Origin: Thermodesulfobacteriota bacterium
GTDB lineage: Bacteria > Desulfobacterota > Desulfarculia > JACQYL01
Direction: 5' to 3'
Length of the DNA stretch: 64,000 nucleotides
Assembly: GCA_963675595.2 (NCBI GenBank)
Contig: CAXXLZ010000002.1
Coordinates: forward strand, 3,168,001 to 3,232,000
Position 1 is the first letter of the stretch. Each line of letters starts with the position of its first letter. Of the stretch, positions 47,225 to 59,935 are shown piece after piece. Below the pieces are notes generated by a model. That model saw nothing but the letters and a program-made list of their open reading frames with translations, had not been told where the DNA came from and searched no databases. Position numbers and translations under genes: made by a program.

Positions 47225-49636
47225 TCAGACTCTCAAGCTGCCGCCGGTGGATTGGATCACCTTCTGAATCAGTTTTTCGTGAATCCGATTGACGAACTCA
47301 TCGCTCAGGGTCTTGTCCGGGGCGCGATAAATGATCCTGTAGGCCAAGCTCACTTCGTTCTCCCCGATCCTTTCACCCTCGTAAACGTCGAAAAGTTGGA
47401 CCTCTTCGGTATAGTCGCCGTGGACGTGATCCTTGATGGAGCGCTGGACGGTCGCCGCCGAAGTCCCCTTTGGCAATACGAGAGCCAAATCCCGCACCAC
47501 TGCGGGGAATCTGGGCAGCGGGCGCACACGCGGCCGTTCTTCCGCAGCGGAAGTCAAGAGATCGAAGTTCAGGTCGAAGGCGTATACCGGCGACTGGATG
47601 TCGAATTGAACGAGGACGTTGCGGGCGATCCTGCCCAGGACTCCTGCTTGAGAGTCCCCGACCATGAGGCGGGCGGACTCGCGAGGAGAAAAAGCCGGGT
47701 CATGGCCGCCGAATTCGAAAGATGCGTCAACAATGTGCAGGGCTTCGAGAAGCACTTCCACCACGCCTTTGATGTCCGGGAAATCCACTTGATCCGTAGA
47801 TCGGCACCACAGCTCGGGTTCTCTGAGTCCGGTGAGAACGCCGCAAACCACATGGGTTTCACGTGCGGGCCTGTCGCCCGAGTCGGGCAGATAAGACCGA
47901 CCCAGCTCGAACAATCTCAGGTTCGTGTTCCTGAAAGCAAGGTTTCCGGCCACATTCGTTAAAAGCCCGGGTAGGAGCGTCGTCCGCATGACGGATTGAT
48001 CTTCGCTCAAGGGATTGAGAATGGGGATGCCGTTACGCTTGGGGTCCTCATCCGGGTACCCGCATTTCCCTGCCCACTCAGGGGAGATGAAACTGTAATT
48101 CAGGGCTTCGGTGAAACCCGCCGATCTCAGAACCTCCAAGGCCCGAGCTCGGAGTCTTCGGCTCTTGTCCGGTGGAGCGGCCGGGTTTCCGGCTGCTGGA
48201 AAAGTGGCCTGGATCCGGTCGTATCCGTAAAGTCTGGCCGCTTCCTCACAGAGGTCCACTTCTCGTTCCAGGTCGGGCCGGAAGCCGGGGCACGTGACTC
48301 GGAATCGGTCCGCACCGTCGTCTTCCACCTGAAGTCCGATGGCGGACAAATTTTCACGGACTTCATCGGCGGACAGGTTCGTTCCCAAGAACCGGTTCAT
48401 CCTATGCAACCGTAAAGGTAGGACCTTTCTTTGAACGGGATTGGGATAGGCGTCGATGGTTCCCTGGGCGATCTCGCCCCCGGCGAGTTCCACAATGAGC
48501 TGCGCGGCACGGTCCACGGCTCGCAGAACGCCTTCGGGATCAGTGCCTCGCTCAAACCGGTAAGACGCCTCGGTGGATAGATTCAATCGTTTGGAAGTAC
48601 GGCGGATGGACGTGGGACTGAAATAGGCGCTTTCCAGGAGAACGTTGGTTGTCTCGACTCCGATTTCGGAGTTTTCTCCTCCCATGATGCCAGCCAAAGC
48701 CACGGGGCGCTTTCCGTCGCAGATCATGAGCGCGTCCTCGGGGAGAACTCGCTCCACTCCGTCCAGCGTGGTGAAGCGGTCGCCTTCCTTGGCCTTACGA
48801 ACCACGATCCGTCTTTCTTCAAGCAGATCGAAATCGAAGGCGTGGAGAGGCTGCCCCAATTCCATGAGAACGTAATTGGTCACGTCGACCACGTTGTTGA
48901 TGGAACGAATACCTGCTGAGAGCAGCTTTTCGCGAACATGGAACGGGGAAGGCCCCAATGTAACACCCCTGATGAGGCGGGCTGCGTATCTCGGGCAGCC
49001 CTCGGGGTCGTCGATGGTCACGGAGGTGAGAGTATCGATGGGAGGTCCCTGTTCTTCAAGTCGCGGAGCCGGAAGAGACAGCGGTTTCTTGAAGTGTGCG
49101 GCCGCCTCCCTGGCCAATCCCACGGCGCAGGCACAGTCGGGACGATTGGGAGTCAGACCCACCTCGAGAAGATAATCGTCGAGATGCAACGCTTGCTTCA
49201 GCGGCGTCCCGGGGATCGTACCGTCTCCGAGCACCATGATGCCGGTCACATCCTCGCCGATGCCCAGTTCTTTTTCAGAGCAGATCATGCCGGTGCTCAC
49301 CACTCCTCGGATCTTGGCCTTTTTCACCTTGATTCCGGTGGGCAGTTCCGCCCCTTCGAGGGCCAAGGGGACGTTTTGGCCGGCGGCTACGTTGGGCGCG
49401 CCGCACACGACATCCAAAATACCGTTCCCGGTATCCACCCGACAGATCTTCAGCTTGTCGGCATTGGGATGGGGGAGGATTTCCAGGACCCGGGCCGTGA
49501 CCACATGTTCAAAGTCGGGATGCCGGGGAGTCGCGGATTCAATTTCGATACCGGCTTGGGTCAGCGCATCGGCGATTTCCTGTGCGGATGCGTCGAGTTC
49601 GGTATACTGCCGGATCCAATTCAGGCTGATCTGCAT
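47225..49636 (-). CDS. pheT: Phenylalanine-tRNA ligase beta subunit
   Basis: HPNADKL, CGAPN, TPNRPD, GQPLHAFD, RFERG and RDLA motifs. Confidence 0.97.
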   Translation of the reverse strand: MQISLNWIRQYTELDASAQEIADALTQAGIEIESATPRHPDFEHVVTARVLEILPHPNADKLKICRVDTGNGILDVVCGAPNVAAGQNVPLALEGAELPTGIKVKKAKIRGVVSTGMICSEKELGIGEDVTGIMVLGDGTIPGTPLKQALHLDDYLLEVGLTPNRPDCACAVGLAREAAAHFKKPLSLPAPRLEEQGPPIDTLTSVTIDDPEGCPRYAARLIRGVTLGPSPFHVREKLLSAGIRSINNVVDVTNYVLMELGQPLHAFDFDLLEERRIVVRKAKEGDRFTTLDGVERVLPEDALMICDGKRPVALAGIMGGENSEIGVETTNVLLESAYFSPTSIRRTSKRLNLSTEASYRFERGTDPEGVLRAVDRAAQLIVELAGGEIAQGTIDAYPNPVQRKVLPLRLHRMNRFLGTNLSADEVRENLSAIGLQVEDDGADRFRVTCPGFRPDLEREVDLCEEAARLYGYDRIQATFPAAGNPAAPPDKSRRLRARALEVLRSAGFTEALNYSFISPEWAGKCGYPDEDPKRNGIPILNPLSEDQSVMRTTLLPGLLTNVAGNLAFRNTNLRLFELGRSYLPDSGDRPARETHVVCGVLTGLREPELWCRSTDQVDFPDIKGVVEVLLEALHIVDASFEFGGHDPAFSPRESARLMVGDSQAGVLGRIARNVLVQFDIQSPVYAFDLNFDLLTSAAEERPRVRPLPRFPAVVRDLALVLPKGTSAATVQRSIKDHVHGDYTEEVQLFDVYEGERIGENEVSLAYRIIYRAPDKTLSDEFVNRIHEKLIQKVIQSTGGSLRV

Positions 49637-49767
49637 GATTCCTTCGTTCTCTTATTTGCGCCGAGTGCGGAATAGTTCCGGCGCGACGCCGATTGTATGC
49701 GCTGAACCCATCCGTGGACGCGGGGTTCCGGATGCCGATTCAGATATTGGAGCGGGCAAGGGGCCGT

Positions 49768-50775
49768 TCAGAACTGAACCAAAAAGCGGACATCGTTTTC
49801 GAAAAAGAGTCGGATGTCGTCGATTCCATACTTCAACATGGCGATTCGCTCCACACCCACACCGAAGGCGAATCCGGAGTATATTTCCTCGTCGTAGTCC
49901 ACGAATCGATACACGTTGGGATCCACCATACCGGATCCCAGGATCTCCAACCAACCGCTGTGGGAACACACCCGACATCCGACACCGCGGCAGATGACGC
50001 AACGGATGTCCACTTCGGCGCTCGGTTCGGTAAAAGGAAAAAAGCTGGGCCGGAACCTGACCGCCACGTCGGAGCCGAAGATCTCGTGAAGGAAAGCGGT
50101 CAGCACCCCTTTGAGGTCGCCGAAAGTCACGCCCTCGTCTACGAGCAAACCTTCCACTTGGTGGAACATGGGCGTATGCCGAACGTCCGAATCCCGCCGG
50201 TATACCTTCCCCGGCGCGATAATACGGACCGGTGGACGTCGGCTTTCCATGACGCGAATCTGCATGGGGGACGTGTGGGTTCGGAGGACTACGTTTTCCG
50301 AAACGTAGAGCGTATCCTGCATGTCCCTTGCGGGATGGTCTTTGGGAATGTTTAGAGCTTCAAAATTGTAGTAGTCCAGCTCGATTTCCGGGCCCTCGGC
50401 CACGGAAAACCCCATGCGCTCGAAAACTCCGCAAATTTCCCACATGGTCCGGGTGATGGGATGCGCCTGTCCGAGGTGGGGTTTTCGGCCGGGCAGGGTG
50501 ACGTCCACTTCGGGACCCGCTCCGGACTCCTCCTTGGAAAGGCGGTCTTTGGTTTCGGAAAAGGCCGACTCCAACTCGTTCTTGACATCGTTGGCGAACT
50601 TGCCCGTGGCGGGACGGTCTTCGGGCGCCACGCTCCCCAACTGCTTCATCAGGGAAGTCAGGGCGCCTTTGCGCCCGAACAGCTCTACGCGAAGGGCTTC
50701 AAGTTGATCCAAGTCACCGGCCTGACTCAGTTTGTTCAGATATTCCGTGCGGAGGTCTTCAAGTCGTTCTTTCAA
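49768..50775 (-). CDS. pheS: Phenylalanine-tRNA ligase alpha subunit
   Basis: [28 protein letters not shown] and GFAFG.G.ER; start approximate (TTG 50775 or GTG 50784). Confidence 0.96.
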   Translation of the reverse strand: MKERLEDLRTEYLNKLSQAGDLDQLEALRVELFGRKGALTSLMKQLGSVAPEDRPATGKFANDVKNELESAFSETKDRLSKEESGAGPEVDVTLPGRKPHLGQAHPITRTMWEICGVFERMGFSVAEGPEIELDYYNFEALNIPKDHPARDMQDTLYVSENVVLRTHTSPMQIRVMESRRPPVRIIAPGKVYRRDSDVRHTPMFHQVEGLLVDEGVTFGDLKGVLTAFLHEIFGSDVAVRFRPSFFPFTEPSAEVDIRCVICRGVGCRVCSHSGWLEILGSGMVDPNVYRFVDYDEEIYSGFAFGVGVERIAMLKYGIDDIRLFFENDVRFLVQF

Positions 50776-50845
50776 TGCATACACCCGGATGATTTTCTCG
50801 TCCTTGCTTTCCGCCGGATCAGGCGGAGAAGCAGCCGGACGGTGT

Positions 50846-51199
50846 TCAGGCTGCCGCTTTGGCCTGCTCGACAATCCTCGCAAAAGCGGCGGGATCGGTG
50901 ATGGCGAGATCACTCAAGACCTTCCGATCGAGCTGAATATCGGCTTTCTTCAAGCCCCCCATGAACTTGCTGTACGTGATTCCCAAAGGCCGGACGCCGG
51001 CGTTGATGCGGGCGATCCAAAGGCTTCGAAATTCGCGTTTTCGCACGCGGCGATCTCGATAAGCGAACTTGAGGGCGCGGTCGAGAGACTCCGTGGCGGT
51101 CCGGAACAGCTTGCTGCGGCCTCCTCGAAAACCCCTGGCCTGCTTCAGTACTTTGTTTCTTCTCCGTCGGGCTTTAAAGCCCCGTTTTACTCTGGGCAT
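50846..51199 (-). CDS. rplT: 50S ribosomal protein L20
   Basis: MPRVKRG...AYRDRR..KREFR.LWI.RINA. Confidence 0.97.
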   Translation of the reverse strand: MPRVKRGFKARRRRNKVLKQARGFRGGRSKLFRTATESLDRALKFAYRDRRVRKREFRSLWIARINAGVRPLGITYSKFMGGLKKADIQLDRKVLSDLAITDPAAFARIVEQAKAAA

Positions 51200-51252
51200 G
51201 GTAATAGCTCCCCGATCCGATGTTTATTACGGTTATTCTTTCGGACGCGGCG

Positions 51253-51450
51253 TCAAGCGTAGGGAATCAGCTTTCGCACATTCCTGGCGTCCGTGGCGCA
51301 CAGCAGGCATGACTTGCGCAGGTTGCGCTTCCGCTTGCGCTCCTTCTTGGTCAGTATGTGGCTTGCATAGGCTTTGTTTCGCTTCACCTTGCCGCTTCCG
51401 GTCAGCGTGAAGCGTTTCGCCGCCCCGCGATGGGTTTTGATCTTGGGCAT
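51253..51450 (-). CDS. rpmI: 50S ribosomal protein L35
   Basis: [14 protein letters not shown]...HILTKK; start at ATG 51450 behind GGAGG. Confidence 0.97.
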   Translation of the reverse strand: MPKIKTHRGAAKRFTLTGSGKVKRNKAYASHILTKKERKRKRNLRKSCLLCATDARNVRKLIPYA

Positions 51451-51665
51451 ATCTTCCTCCAACGGTCCGCCGGTTCGTGGCGAAAACCGGGCAAAAACAA
51501 AGAACGCCGCATTGCGGCGGAATTGAGTATGGACGTACCTATCCCAGCGCAACCCACCTTTCTCCGAATGAATCGGAGCCGTTGGGAATGCCGGGTGCCG
51601 CAGGACGATGCGCTCACCCCAAACAACGGGCGGGCATGTGATACGGTCGAGGAACCCGGGTGGCT

Positions 51666-52178
<513 letters not shown>

Positions 52179-52293
52179 TCTCTTCACCTCCCGCAAGTTA
52201 GTTTCCGGGCCGAGATCGGACCGGCTTCGGAATCATCAATCCTGGAAACGATTCCGGTTGTTCCATTCATAACGGCGAAAAGTCGCCGGGTTT

Positions 52294-54228
52294 TCAATGC
52301 AACGGCGTCGTCTTTTCCGCCATGATCGGGGGTTCGTTTTCCTCCAAAACCATGGCGATGAAGGCGTCGACGGACATGGCGGGCATTTGTTCACCGTCCC
52401 GTCGCCGGGGTGCGACCGTGCCCGTCTCGCACTCCTTGTCTCCCACGACCAGCATGTAGGGAGTTTTCTGCAACTGAGCTTCCCGGATCTTGAATCCGAG
52501 CTTCTCATTTCGAACATCTTTCTCCACTCGAAGTCCGGCGGCGATCATCCGATGATGAGTTTGCTCGAGAAAAGGGATGCTGCGGTCGGTCACATTGAGA
52601 AGAACGGCCTGCACGGGGGCCAGCCAGACCGGGAAGGCTCCCGCGTAGTGCTCGATCAAGACTCCCAGAAACCGCTCGATGGACCCTAAAATCACGCGGT
52701 GAATCATAATGGGGCGGTGACGCTCGTTATCCGATCCCACATAGGTGAGGTCGAATCGGTCCGGCAGGGTGAAGTCGCACTGAATGGTTGCGCATTGCCA
52801 GCTTCGGTCCAGGGCATCTCGAATCTTGATATCGATTTTAGGCCCGTAAAATGCGCCGTCCCCCTCGTTCACCTGGAAGGGCAGGTTTCTTCCCTCAAGC
52901 GCATTGCGAAGAGCGGAAGTGGCCCGTTCCCAGTCCTCGTCCGAACCGATGGACTTCTCGGGACGAGTGGAAAGCTCCAGTTCGAAGGTGAAACCGAACA
53001 TGGCCATGATGTCGGCAACGAAATCCAACACCCCTTTGATTTCGGAGTCCAGCTGCTCCGGGGTGCAAAGGATGTGCGCATCGTCTTGGGTGAATTGACG
53101 CACCCGGGTCAATCCGTGCAGCACGCCGGAGCGTTCGTGGCGGTGCACCGTGCCCAGTTCGAAATACCGTACGGGCAAGTCGCGGAAACTTCGGATCTTG
53201 GACTTGTAGATGATCATGTGGGCGAGGCAGTTCATGGGCTTGATGCCGTAAGCGATCTCGTCGATTTCCGTGAAGTACATGTTTTCACGGTAATTTTCGT
53301 AGTGCCCGGACTGCTTCCAAAGGTCCTGCTTAAGAATCTGAGGTCCCGAGACCTCCTGATAGCCCCGCTTGTAGTGCTCCCTGCGTTCCATTTCCATGAG
53401 CCGTGAACGGAGGAAGGCTCCTTTGGGATGAAAGATGGGCAGTCCCGCACCCGCCTCGTCGCTGAAAGAAAAAAGGTCGAGCTCTTTGCCCAACTTGCGG
53501 TGATCCCGACGCAACGCCTCTTCCATACGATGCAGATATTGATCCAGATCCTCCTGCTTGAAAAAGGCGGTACCGTAAATTCTCTGGAGCTGTTGACGTT
53601 TCTCGTCTCCTCTCCAGTAAGAGCCGGCCACACTGGTGAGTTTCACCGCCCGGATCACGCCGGTGCCCGGCACGTGAGGCCCTCGGCAGAGGTCTGTGAA
53701 ATTCCCCTGCTCGTAAATGGACACCATTTCATGATCCAGTTCCCGGAGTAACTCGACTTTGTATGGCTCCTCCAGTTTTTCGAAGAGCTCGACAGCCTTG
53801 TCCCGGCTCATTTCCGTCCGTTTGAAGGGCAGATTCCGCTTGATGATCTTCTTCATCCGCGCTTCGATCTTCGGAAGATCCTCAGTGGTAAAAGGCCGTG
53901 TATAATCGAAATCGTAGTAGAATCCTCCTTCGATGGAGGGTCCGATGGTGACCTTCACACCGGGAAACAGCTCCCTCACCGCCTCGGCCATGACATGGGC
54001 CGCGCTGTGGCGGAGGATGTCGAGCCCTTCCTCGGATTCGGCGGACACGGGCGCCAAAACGGCGTCATGAGAAAGAGGACTGGAGAGGTCCAGTAAATCG
54101 CCGTTCTCTCGAACCGCCACGACGTCTGGGGGAACCTTTCCGAAATGCCCGCGGAGCGCTTCCTTCACGGTGACTCCGCAATCCACTTCCCTGACCGCAT
54201 CCTCGATTTGAATTTTAATCTTTTCCAA
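52294..54228 (-). CDS. thrS: Threonine-tRNA ligase
   Basis: [32 protein letters not shown] and GSIERF; TTG start. Confidence 0.97.
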   Translation of the reverse strand: MEKIKIQIEDAVREVDCGVTVKEALRGHFGKVPPDVVAVRENGDLLDLSSPLSHDAVLAPVSAESEEGLDILRHSAAHVMAEAVRELFPGVKVTIGPSIEGGFYYDFDYTRPFTTEDLPKIEARMKKIIKRNLPFKRTEMSRDKAVELFEKLEEPYKVELLRELDHEMVSIYEQGNFTDLCRGPHVPGTGVIRAVKLTSVAGSYWRGDEKRQQLQRIYGTAFFKQEDLDQYLHRMEEALRRDHRKLGKELDLFSFSDEAGAGLPIFHPKGAFLRSRLMEMERREHYKRGYQEVSGPQILKQDLWKQSGHYENYRENMYFTEIDEIAYGIKPMNCLAHMIIYKSKIRSFRDLPVRYFELGTVHRHERSGVLHGLTRVRQFTQDDAHILCTPEQLDSEIKGVLDFVADIMAMFGFTFELELSTRPEKSIGSDEDWERATSALRNALEGRNLPFQVNEGDGAFYGPKIDIKIRDALDRSWQCATIQCDFTLPDRFDLTYVGSDNERHRPIMIHRVILGSIERFLGVLIEHYAGAFPVWLAPVQAVLLNVTDRSIPFLEQTHHRMIAAGLRVEKDVRNEKLGFKIREAQLQKTPYMLVVGDKECETGTVAPRRRDGEQMPAMSVDAFIAMVLEENEPPIMAEKTTPLH

Positions 54229-54769
54229 ACCTACCGCCTCTCGGCTGTTTGTGACCCAGGTCGCCAGGAGGAGAAAGCCGCACTCTATGGAACAAAAAAG
54301 GCATCCTTCCTTTCGCCTGTCGCTTGTTGGGGGGAATGCCCTTCAAGACGGACGACAACCGGACGCCTTGGACCATCAAGATGTGAATCTCGAGCTTATT
54401 CGGCCGACAAGAGACCGTTGGGCGATTTCAAGCTCGACAGCGGACCTGATGGAGTATTTCGTACTCATGCTCATGGTTTCACGCCGTACGAAAGCGGGAG
54501 ATTCTGCGCCCATGATTCTTTCCCCGCGCTTATCGAGGTCCTTTCCCTTTCGATGCCTGGGTTAACGAGGTCGTTCCTTCAGCATATTTTCGGATAACAG
54601 TAACATATAAAAAAACAAAGGGATAAAGGCAAGAAAAAAAAGGGCCTCACCCCTGTCTTCGTGGATTCTTCAGGCGGATACCTCGACTCCGTAACACGGG
54701 GAGAAGCTCTCCGCCGCAGATCGCGTTATTCAACGGCCTGTTGGAGGCATGCTTCGCCGGCGCCTCGGC

Positions 54770-57403
54770 CTATTCCAGGTAGAGCTCGTCAAGGGCATTG
54801 AAAAACCTGTCTTTGGCACGTTCGAATCGGTTGAGGACCTCCAGAATTTGGGCTTCCTTCCCGGAGCGCGCCAACGTCACCAACTCTTTCGCCAATGTGT
54901 GTACCTGTTCGTGATGCTTGCCCACTTCCGAAAACGCGGCCGCGCCGGCCAACTTTTCGCCCTCCGACCCGTGATACCATTTCCCGAAATCACACTCCAT
55001 GTGCGACTTCAGGGTTTCGGCGGTGATCGTAGTGTCTCCGTCCAGAGCGGCTTCCACCCTCTCTCGAAAAGCGAGATGGGCTTTCTTGACCGCTGAAATA
55101 TCGAAGCGCTGCTCCCCGATACGAAATTGTTCGACCAGTCCGCGAAGGCGATGAGAAAGCTCCGACAGTTGCTGGGACTTCAGTTCCAACTGGCCGGCCC
55201 CCGCCTTGGTGTGCAGGGCTTCCTCTTGCACGGATACCATGTTCGATGAAACCTCGCCGGCCACCGAAGAAACGACGCTCAGCGTATCGGTGAGCTCCGA
55301 GATGATCTGAGAGGTCCGGGCGATATTTTCGGCGATATCTTTCGTTGTTACGGATTGTTCTTCCACCGCGGTCGCTATGGTGGAGATGATTTCGTTCACC
55401 CCTGCGATGACCTGGGCGACCTCTTGCACATCCTTCACCGAAGTGGAGGTGGATTGCTTAATTTTTTGAACCTTTTCCTTGATGTCTTCGGTGGAACGGG
55501 CTGTTTGGCGGGACAGGGCTTTGATTTCATCCGCGACCACGGCGAATCCCTTGCCCGACTCCCCCGCCCTGGATGCCTCAATGGTTGCGTTGAGCGCCAG
55601 CAGGTTGGTCTGCTCCGAAATGTCCGCGATGGTCGCCGTCATCACATCGATCTCGTTGACGGCCTCATCCAAGAGACGCATCTCTTCCGTCGCTTGCCCG
55701 ATTCTTGACACGGCGTCATTGGAAATGAGCATGGCTCGTTCCGAGCTTTGGGCGATTTCAGCAATGGTCGAAGCCATTTCCTCCGAGGACGCGGCCATTT
55801 GGGAAGCCATGCCGGAGGCGTCTTCGGCCGCGGAGGCCACATGATCCGCTCTTTCGTTCATTTCGCGGGCGGCCGCCGCAACGGACTCGGACTTCTCGGC
55901 GGTCTTTCCGCTGGCCCGGGAGAGCCGGTTCTGTACGCTGCCCAGTTCCACCGAGGTGGAAACCAACGTTTCCACGGACCCCAGAATGCGCTTCAGCATA
56001 ATGCTCAAACTCGACACGGTCCGATTCAGAGCGTCGGCAAGATGGCCGATTTCACCGGCCTGCCGGACTTCCAGATGGTGCGCCAAGTTGCCTTTGGAAA
56101 CCTGTTCCGCGAATTCTAAGCTTCTTATCAAAGGAGACGTCAGCGTCCGTCCGGCAATGAAGTGAACCAAGAGAGCAATGAGGAGTACGAGAATCAGGGT
56201 TGATCCGGTGATAAACAGGACGGTCTTTCGGATGTCGGCCGCGATTCCGTCCCGAGTGACTTCCATCCTTTTCTTGAGTTTGAGCCTTTTTTCCGCAAGA
56301 GCGGCTTTTAGAAGTTCCGTTCGCTCCGTTACGCGTTTCTCGATGTCATCCACGTAAAGACCGGTGCCGATGACCCAGTTCCACGGTTTGAACAATCGGA
56401 CGAATGCGAGTTTGGGCTGAGGCGTCTGATATCCGTATTTGGGCCACATGTACTCCACGAAGCCCTCCCCGGAGGAGCGACATGTTTTCACGAATTCGAG
56501 GAAGAGCTTCTTTCCGTTGGGGTCCGTCATGGAAGACAAATCTTTTCCATTGAGTTCCGGTTTGTACGGATGCATGACCATGCGGGCTTCCATGTCGTTG
56601 ATCCAGAAATAATCCTCATTGTTGGGTCCGTACCGGAGAGAACCCAGGGAATCGGCGGCGTCCGCCATAAGTGTTTTTTCGGCCGCATCAAGGTAGATTC
56701 CGGACCCGATGATCCAATCCCACGGCTTGAAGTATTTCACATAGGACAATTTGGGCGTGGGCACTTGGCCCCCGTACTTGGGCCACATATATTCCACGAA
56801 CCCGCCGCCGGCCTCGCGGCCTACTTTGGCGAACTCCACGAAGATCTTTTTTCCGTTGGGATCCTGAACTCGAGAAACGTCCCGGCCGTTGAGTTCCGGT
56901 TTGTACGGATGCAGGATCATTTCGGGGAGGCTGTTGTTGATCCAGAAGTAATCCGCGTGGTCGGCGCCGTATCTCAATTGCTCAATAACGTTCATAGCCG
57001 ATTTTCGTCTGTTTTCCGGATTCAGGTAAGGATCTTCCGCCACCGCTCGGGCCACGCCGTAGGCGAGCTCGACCGCGTCCTTCAGTCGTCTTCCATAATA
57101 ATGCTCCAGTTTCTCGGGTGATCCCGCCATCTCCCAGCGCGTCCTCACAAATGAAACCGCAGTGTTCACCAGATCTTTCAGAGCGGATTTTCGGGACTCA
57201 TAGATCTCGTTTCGAAACGCTTCAATGCGAGCCGCCTCCTCTTTTTCGAGTTGTTCCAAAGATGATTTCTCGTTGCTTTGGATCTCGGCCATGACGGCGT
57301 ACGATGAGGAGTAGATGCGCTGGATCGAAATACCGCAGCATACCAGCGCGGTAATCAGCATGGGTACGACGGTCAACAACATCAGTTTGGCGTTGAGTTT
57401 CAC
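54770..57403 (-). CDS. Methyl-accepting chemotaxis protein: 2x Cache, HAMP, MA and C-terminal CZB zinc-binding domain
   Basis: Two YFWIN...HPYKPELNG...YMWPK Cache repeats; [27 protein letters not shown]; H...[11 protein letters not shown]...HEQVH CZB motif. Confidence 0.93.
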   Translation of the reverse strand: MKLNAKLMLLTVVPMLITALVCCGISIQRIYSSSYAVMAEIQSNEKSSLEQLEKEEAARIEAFRNEIYESRKSALKDLVNTAVSFVRTRWEMAGSPEKLEHYYGRRLKDAVELAYGVARAVAEDPYLNPENRRKSAMNVIEQLRYGADHADYFWINNSLPEMILHPYKPELNGRDVSRVQDPNGKKIFVEFAKVGREAGGGFVEYMWPKYGGQVPTPKLSYVKYFKPWDWIIGSGIYLDAAEKTLMADAADSLGSLRYGPNNEDYFWINDMEARMVMHPYKPELNGKDLSSMTDPNGKKLFLEFVKTCRSSGEGFVEYMWPKYGYQTPQPKLAFVRLFKPWNWVIGTGLYVDDIEKRVTERTELLKAALAEKRLKLKKRMEVTRDGIAADIRKTVLFITGSTLILVLLIALLVHFIAGRTLTSPLIRSLEFAEQVSKGNLAHHLEVRQAGEIGHLADALNRTVSSLSIMLKRILGSVETLVSTSVELGSVQNRLSRASGKTAEKSESVAAAAREMNERADHVASAAEDASGMASQMAASSEEMASTIAEIAQSSERAMLISNDAVSRIGQATEEMRLLDEAVNEIDVMTATIADISEQTNLLALNATIEASRAGESGKGFAVVADEIKALSRQTARSTEDIKEKVQKIKQSTSTSVKDVQEVAQVIAGVNEIISTIATAVEEQSVTTKDIAENIARTSQIISELTDTLSVVSSVAGEVSSNMVSVQEEALHTKAGAGQLELKSQQLSELSHRLRGLVEQFRIGEQRFDISAVKKAHLAFRERVEAALDGDTTITAETLKSHMECDFGKWYHGSEGEKLAGAAAFSEVGKHHEQVHTLAKELVTLARSGKEAQILEVLNRFERAKDRFFNALDELYLE

Positions 57404-57649
57404 GACGGCTCCCTAGTTGCGAATGTCATGCGGAGGACGAAACCGGACGGTACGATGGTACCCTAAAAAAGTGATTTGGAGAACCTTCTTTATAGTCGTT
57501 TTTTGGATCATATGGAACCACACGCGAAGGGCGCCCTTTCCTTCCGTGATTCGCACAGGGATCGTCCGCGGCATCTCGTTGCCGCCGGCAACCGAGAAAG
57601 GCCGTTCCGGAACCAGCCGGCCATCCTCTCGGAAATTCGACCAGGAGGA

Positions 57650-59360
57650 CTATTTCCTAATTGATTCCTCCCTCGGTTCCCGAGCCCCCGGCGTTGTTTC
57701 GGCATACTGCCTGACGATTTCTCTGGCATCGCGGACGATTCGGTATCGAAGATCAACCCAGCTCTTGTCCCGTCGAAGTTCTTGGAAAGTGTTTCAAAAT
57801 CCATGCGGGCGTCAAACCGGCTCAGAAACTTCTCGAGAAATTCCGGGTAGTCCTTCTCTATATGTCGCGCCAGGATTTGGTAGACCTCCATTCGCCTTGT
57901 GGGGATCCGCCTGTCTACGAGGCCTCCAAAAGTGTTTCAAAATCCATGCGGGCGTCAAACCGGCTCAGAAACTTCTCGAGAAATTCCGGGTAGTCCTTCT
58001 CTATATGTCGCGCCAGGATTTGGTAGACCTCCATTCGCCTTGTGGGGATCCGCCTGTCTACGATCTTTTTCACACCCCGGATTACCGTAAAGAAGAGATA
58101 CATGCAGCAAACCAGTTTTTGGAGGGAATCAAGCTCCTCGCGGGAAAAGTCTCGATTTTCCACCACGGCATGGGGTGGGGCCTTTTGGTGGATGATGCCG
58201 TAGTCCGCGGTATGTTCCCAGAAGTAGGAACCGGGAAGGACGAGGAAGCGGTAACATACGAATTGAGACACGTCCATTTCGGAAACCAGGAACTCCATGG
58301 TTTCAGTGACGCCCTCGTAGCTGTCACCCGGTAAGCCGTAGATCATCTCGACGCCGATCCGATCGCCGCAACGCTTTCGAAGGGATTTCAATCGCTCCGC
58401 GTAGGCGTCTCGGTGGAAGGTTCTGTTCAGATGATTCCTGTGCACTTCTTCCCGGATGGTCTGTAGACCGCACGCAATGGTGTTGGGTGCGGCGGGCAGG
58501 CGGGCGATTTCTTCAATGGTTTCATCGTCCAGAAATTCCGGATTGATCTCGAAGGAAACGGCGATTTCCTTCCAACGCGCGGCTCTTCTTTGGGCGTTCA
58601 GGCGGTGCACCTGTCGCAGGACCCAAAGGCCGTGGTCTCGTTTCAGGAAAAGGTCGGAATCGCAGAAATACAGCACCGTAATGTCACGGTGGCCGAAAAT
58701 CGCCTTCAGGTCCCGTTCGATTTTGGAGCCGGGGTAGAATCGGCATTTCCGTTGGGCGTCGGAATTCCAGGAACAATACCTGCAACGAAAGGGACAACCT
58801 CGGGAAGTCTCATAGTAAAGGTGCTCTGATTCCCGAGGTTCCAAATGAAGATCGTAATGGAAATCGCTCACGTCCACGTCGGGGATCCGTTGATTCTCAA
58901 CGACCTTGCCGTTTTGAAGGAAGAGCAGATTGGGAATATCTTCCCAAGTGGGGCTCCCTTTCCGAACTCGACGGAGAATCTCATTAAAAACGGGCTCCCC
59001 CGGGCCTCTAACCACCACATCCACCCCGGCGCGCAGAAGGTACCGATCCGCGAAGAATGCGGCGTAAGCGCCTCCCAAAACGATCAATACTTCGGGAGCA
59101 ACCCGCTTGATGCAAGCGCACATACATTCCACCAGCAAAGCATTCCAGATGTACACGGAAAAAGCGACGAGGTTGGGGGCTTCCGCCAAGAGTCGGTCGA
59201 CGGCGGAGTCCGGATCCTCGTCGGTTCCCAGAAGGTGAAAGCGCACCTCGAAGAAAGCGCTCAGACCGGCGTCATCCATAAGGCCCTTCAGCTGGCGGAG
59301 CGCCAGCAGATGAGAAGCCGTGCGCGGAGGGAGAATGGACACCAAGGCAATGCGGTGCAT
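57650..59360 (-). pseudogene. B12-binding radical SAM protein, 3' end interrupted by a duplicated insert (481 aa as written; 525 aa if repaired)
   Basis: FSVYIWN and VLGG in the B12 domain; ETSRGCPFRCRYC; YGLPG. Premature TAG at 57915-57917 lies inside the inserted copy. Confidence 0.7.
57786..58063. repeat. 135-bp exact direct repeat (57786-57920 and 57929-58063) separated by 8 bp
   Basis: AAAGTGTTTCAAAATCC...CGCCTGTCTACGA occurs twice with period 143; spacer GGCCTCCA. Confidence 0.95.
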
Positions 59361-59573
59361 GCGTTTGCTTTCGGCACTGGATTAGACGGAAATCGAGGAT
59401 ACCCGCCCTGACTGCAGGATCATTTGCGTAATTTCTCGACCCAGCCGTAATTCTAATCGGTACAAAGGAGTCGGGTCAACGCCCGGCCTTCACGCTGTCC
59501 CGGAAACGGTAGTTTTCACGGTAGGTTGCGAGTCCGGTAGGGGCGCGGAACAGGAGCGGACGGAAAGAATTCC

Positions 59574-59604
59574 TTGACCTTATGTCTGGATTGACATAAG
59601 TAAT
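59574..59604 (+). promoter_or_regulatory. Conserved promoter/operator upstream of fdh copy 1
   Basis: TTGAC-N12-TTGACATAAGT.AT, also at 62899-62929; here it includes the palindrome CTTATGTC-N6-GACATAAG. Confidence 0.5.
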
Positions 59605-59935
59605 GTAACGCATTTGTTCGGAAGGCCGGGAACTCTTACCGTGTTGTTTTTCCGGCGGGTTACCGCAAAAGGGCCGACCGTGCAGGTGGAAGACGGAAGA
59701 GAGCTCCCGGAGGCGGTCCGGTGATCTCGATCCGGGACGACTACGGGTATTGAGAGTTCTTCCTTCAGGGGACGAGGCGGATGGAAACGTCCGACCTCGT
59801 TCGTGAAATCTTTCTCCCGAAGAGAAGCTCTCACATCCGGCCAAGGGACGCGGAGCGCCTCAAATCCGCACGCCCTCAGGGGTGAGGCGCTTCCGTGAAT
59901 CATCATTACGGACGAATCGAGCGGAGACATCGGTC

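Noticed and set aside
54229-54769. Possible tRNA, T-box or small gene upstream of thrS
   Set aside because: No cloverleaf or T-box consensus found by eye, and the short ORFs on both strands lack supporting features.
57508-57891. 127-aa minus-strand ORF as an independent gene or as the true radical SAM C-terminus
   Set aside because: Its N-terminus is just the duplicated segment and its tail is low-quality. A different frame gives the plausible C-terminus after removing the insert.
57786-58063. Direct repeat as a CRISPR array or transposon end
   Set aside because: Only two 135-bp copies of coding sequence; no spacers, cas genes, transposase or terminal inverted repeats.
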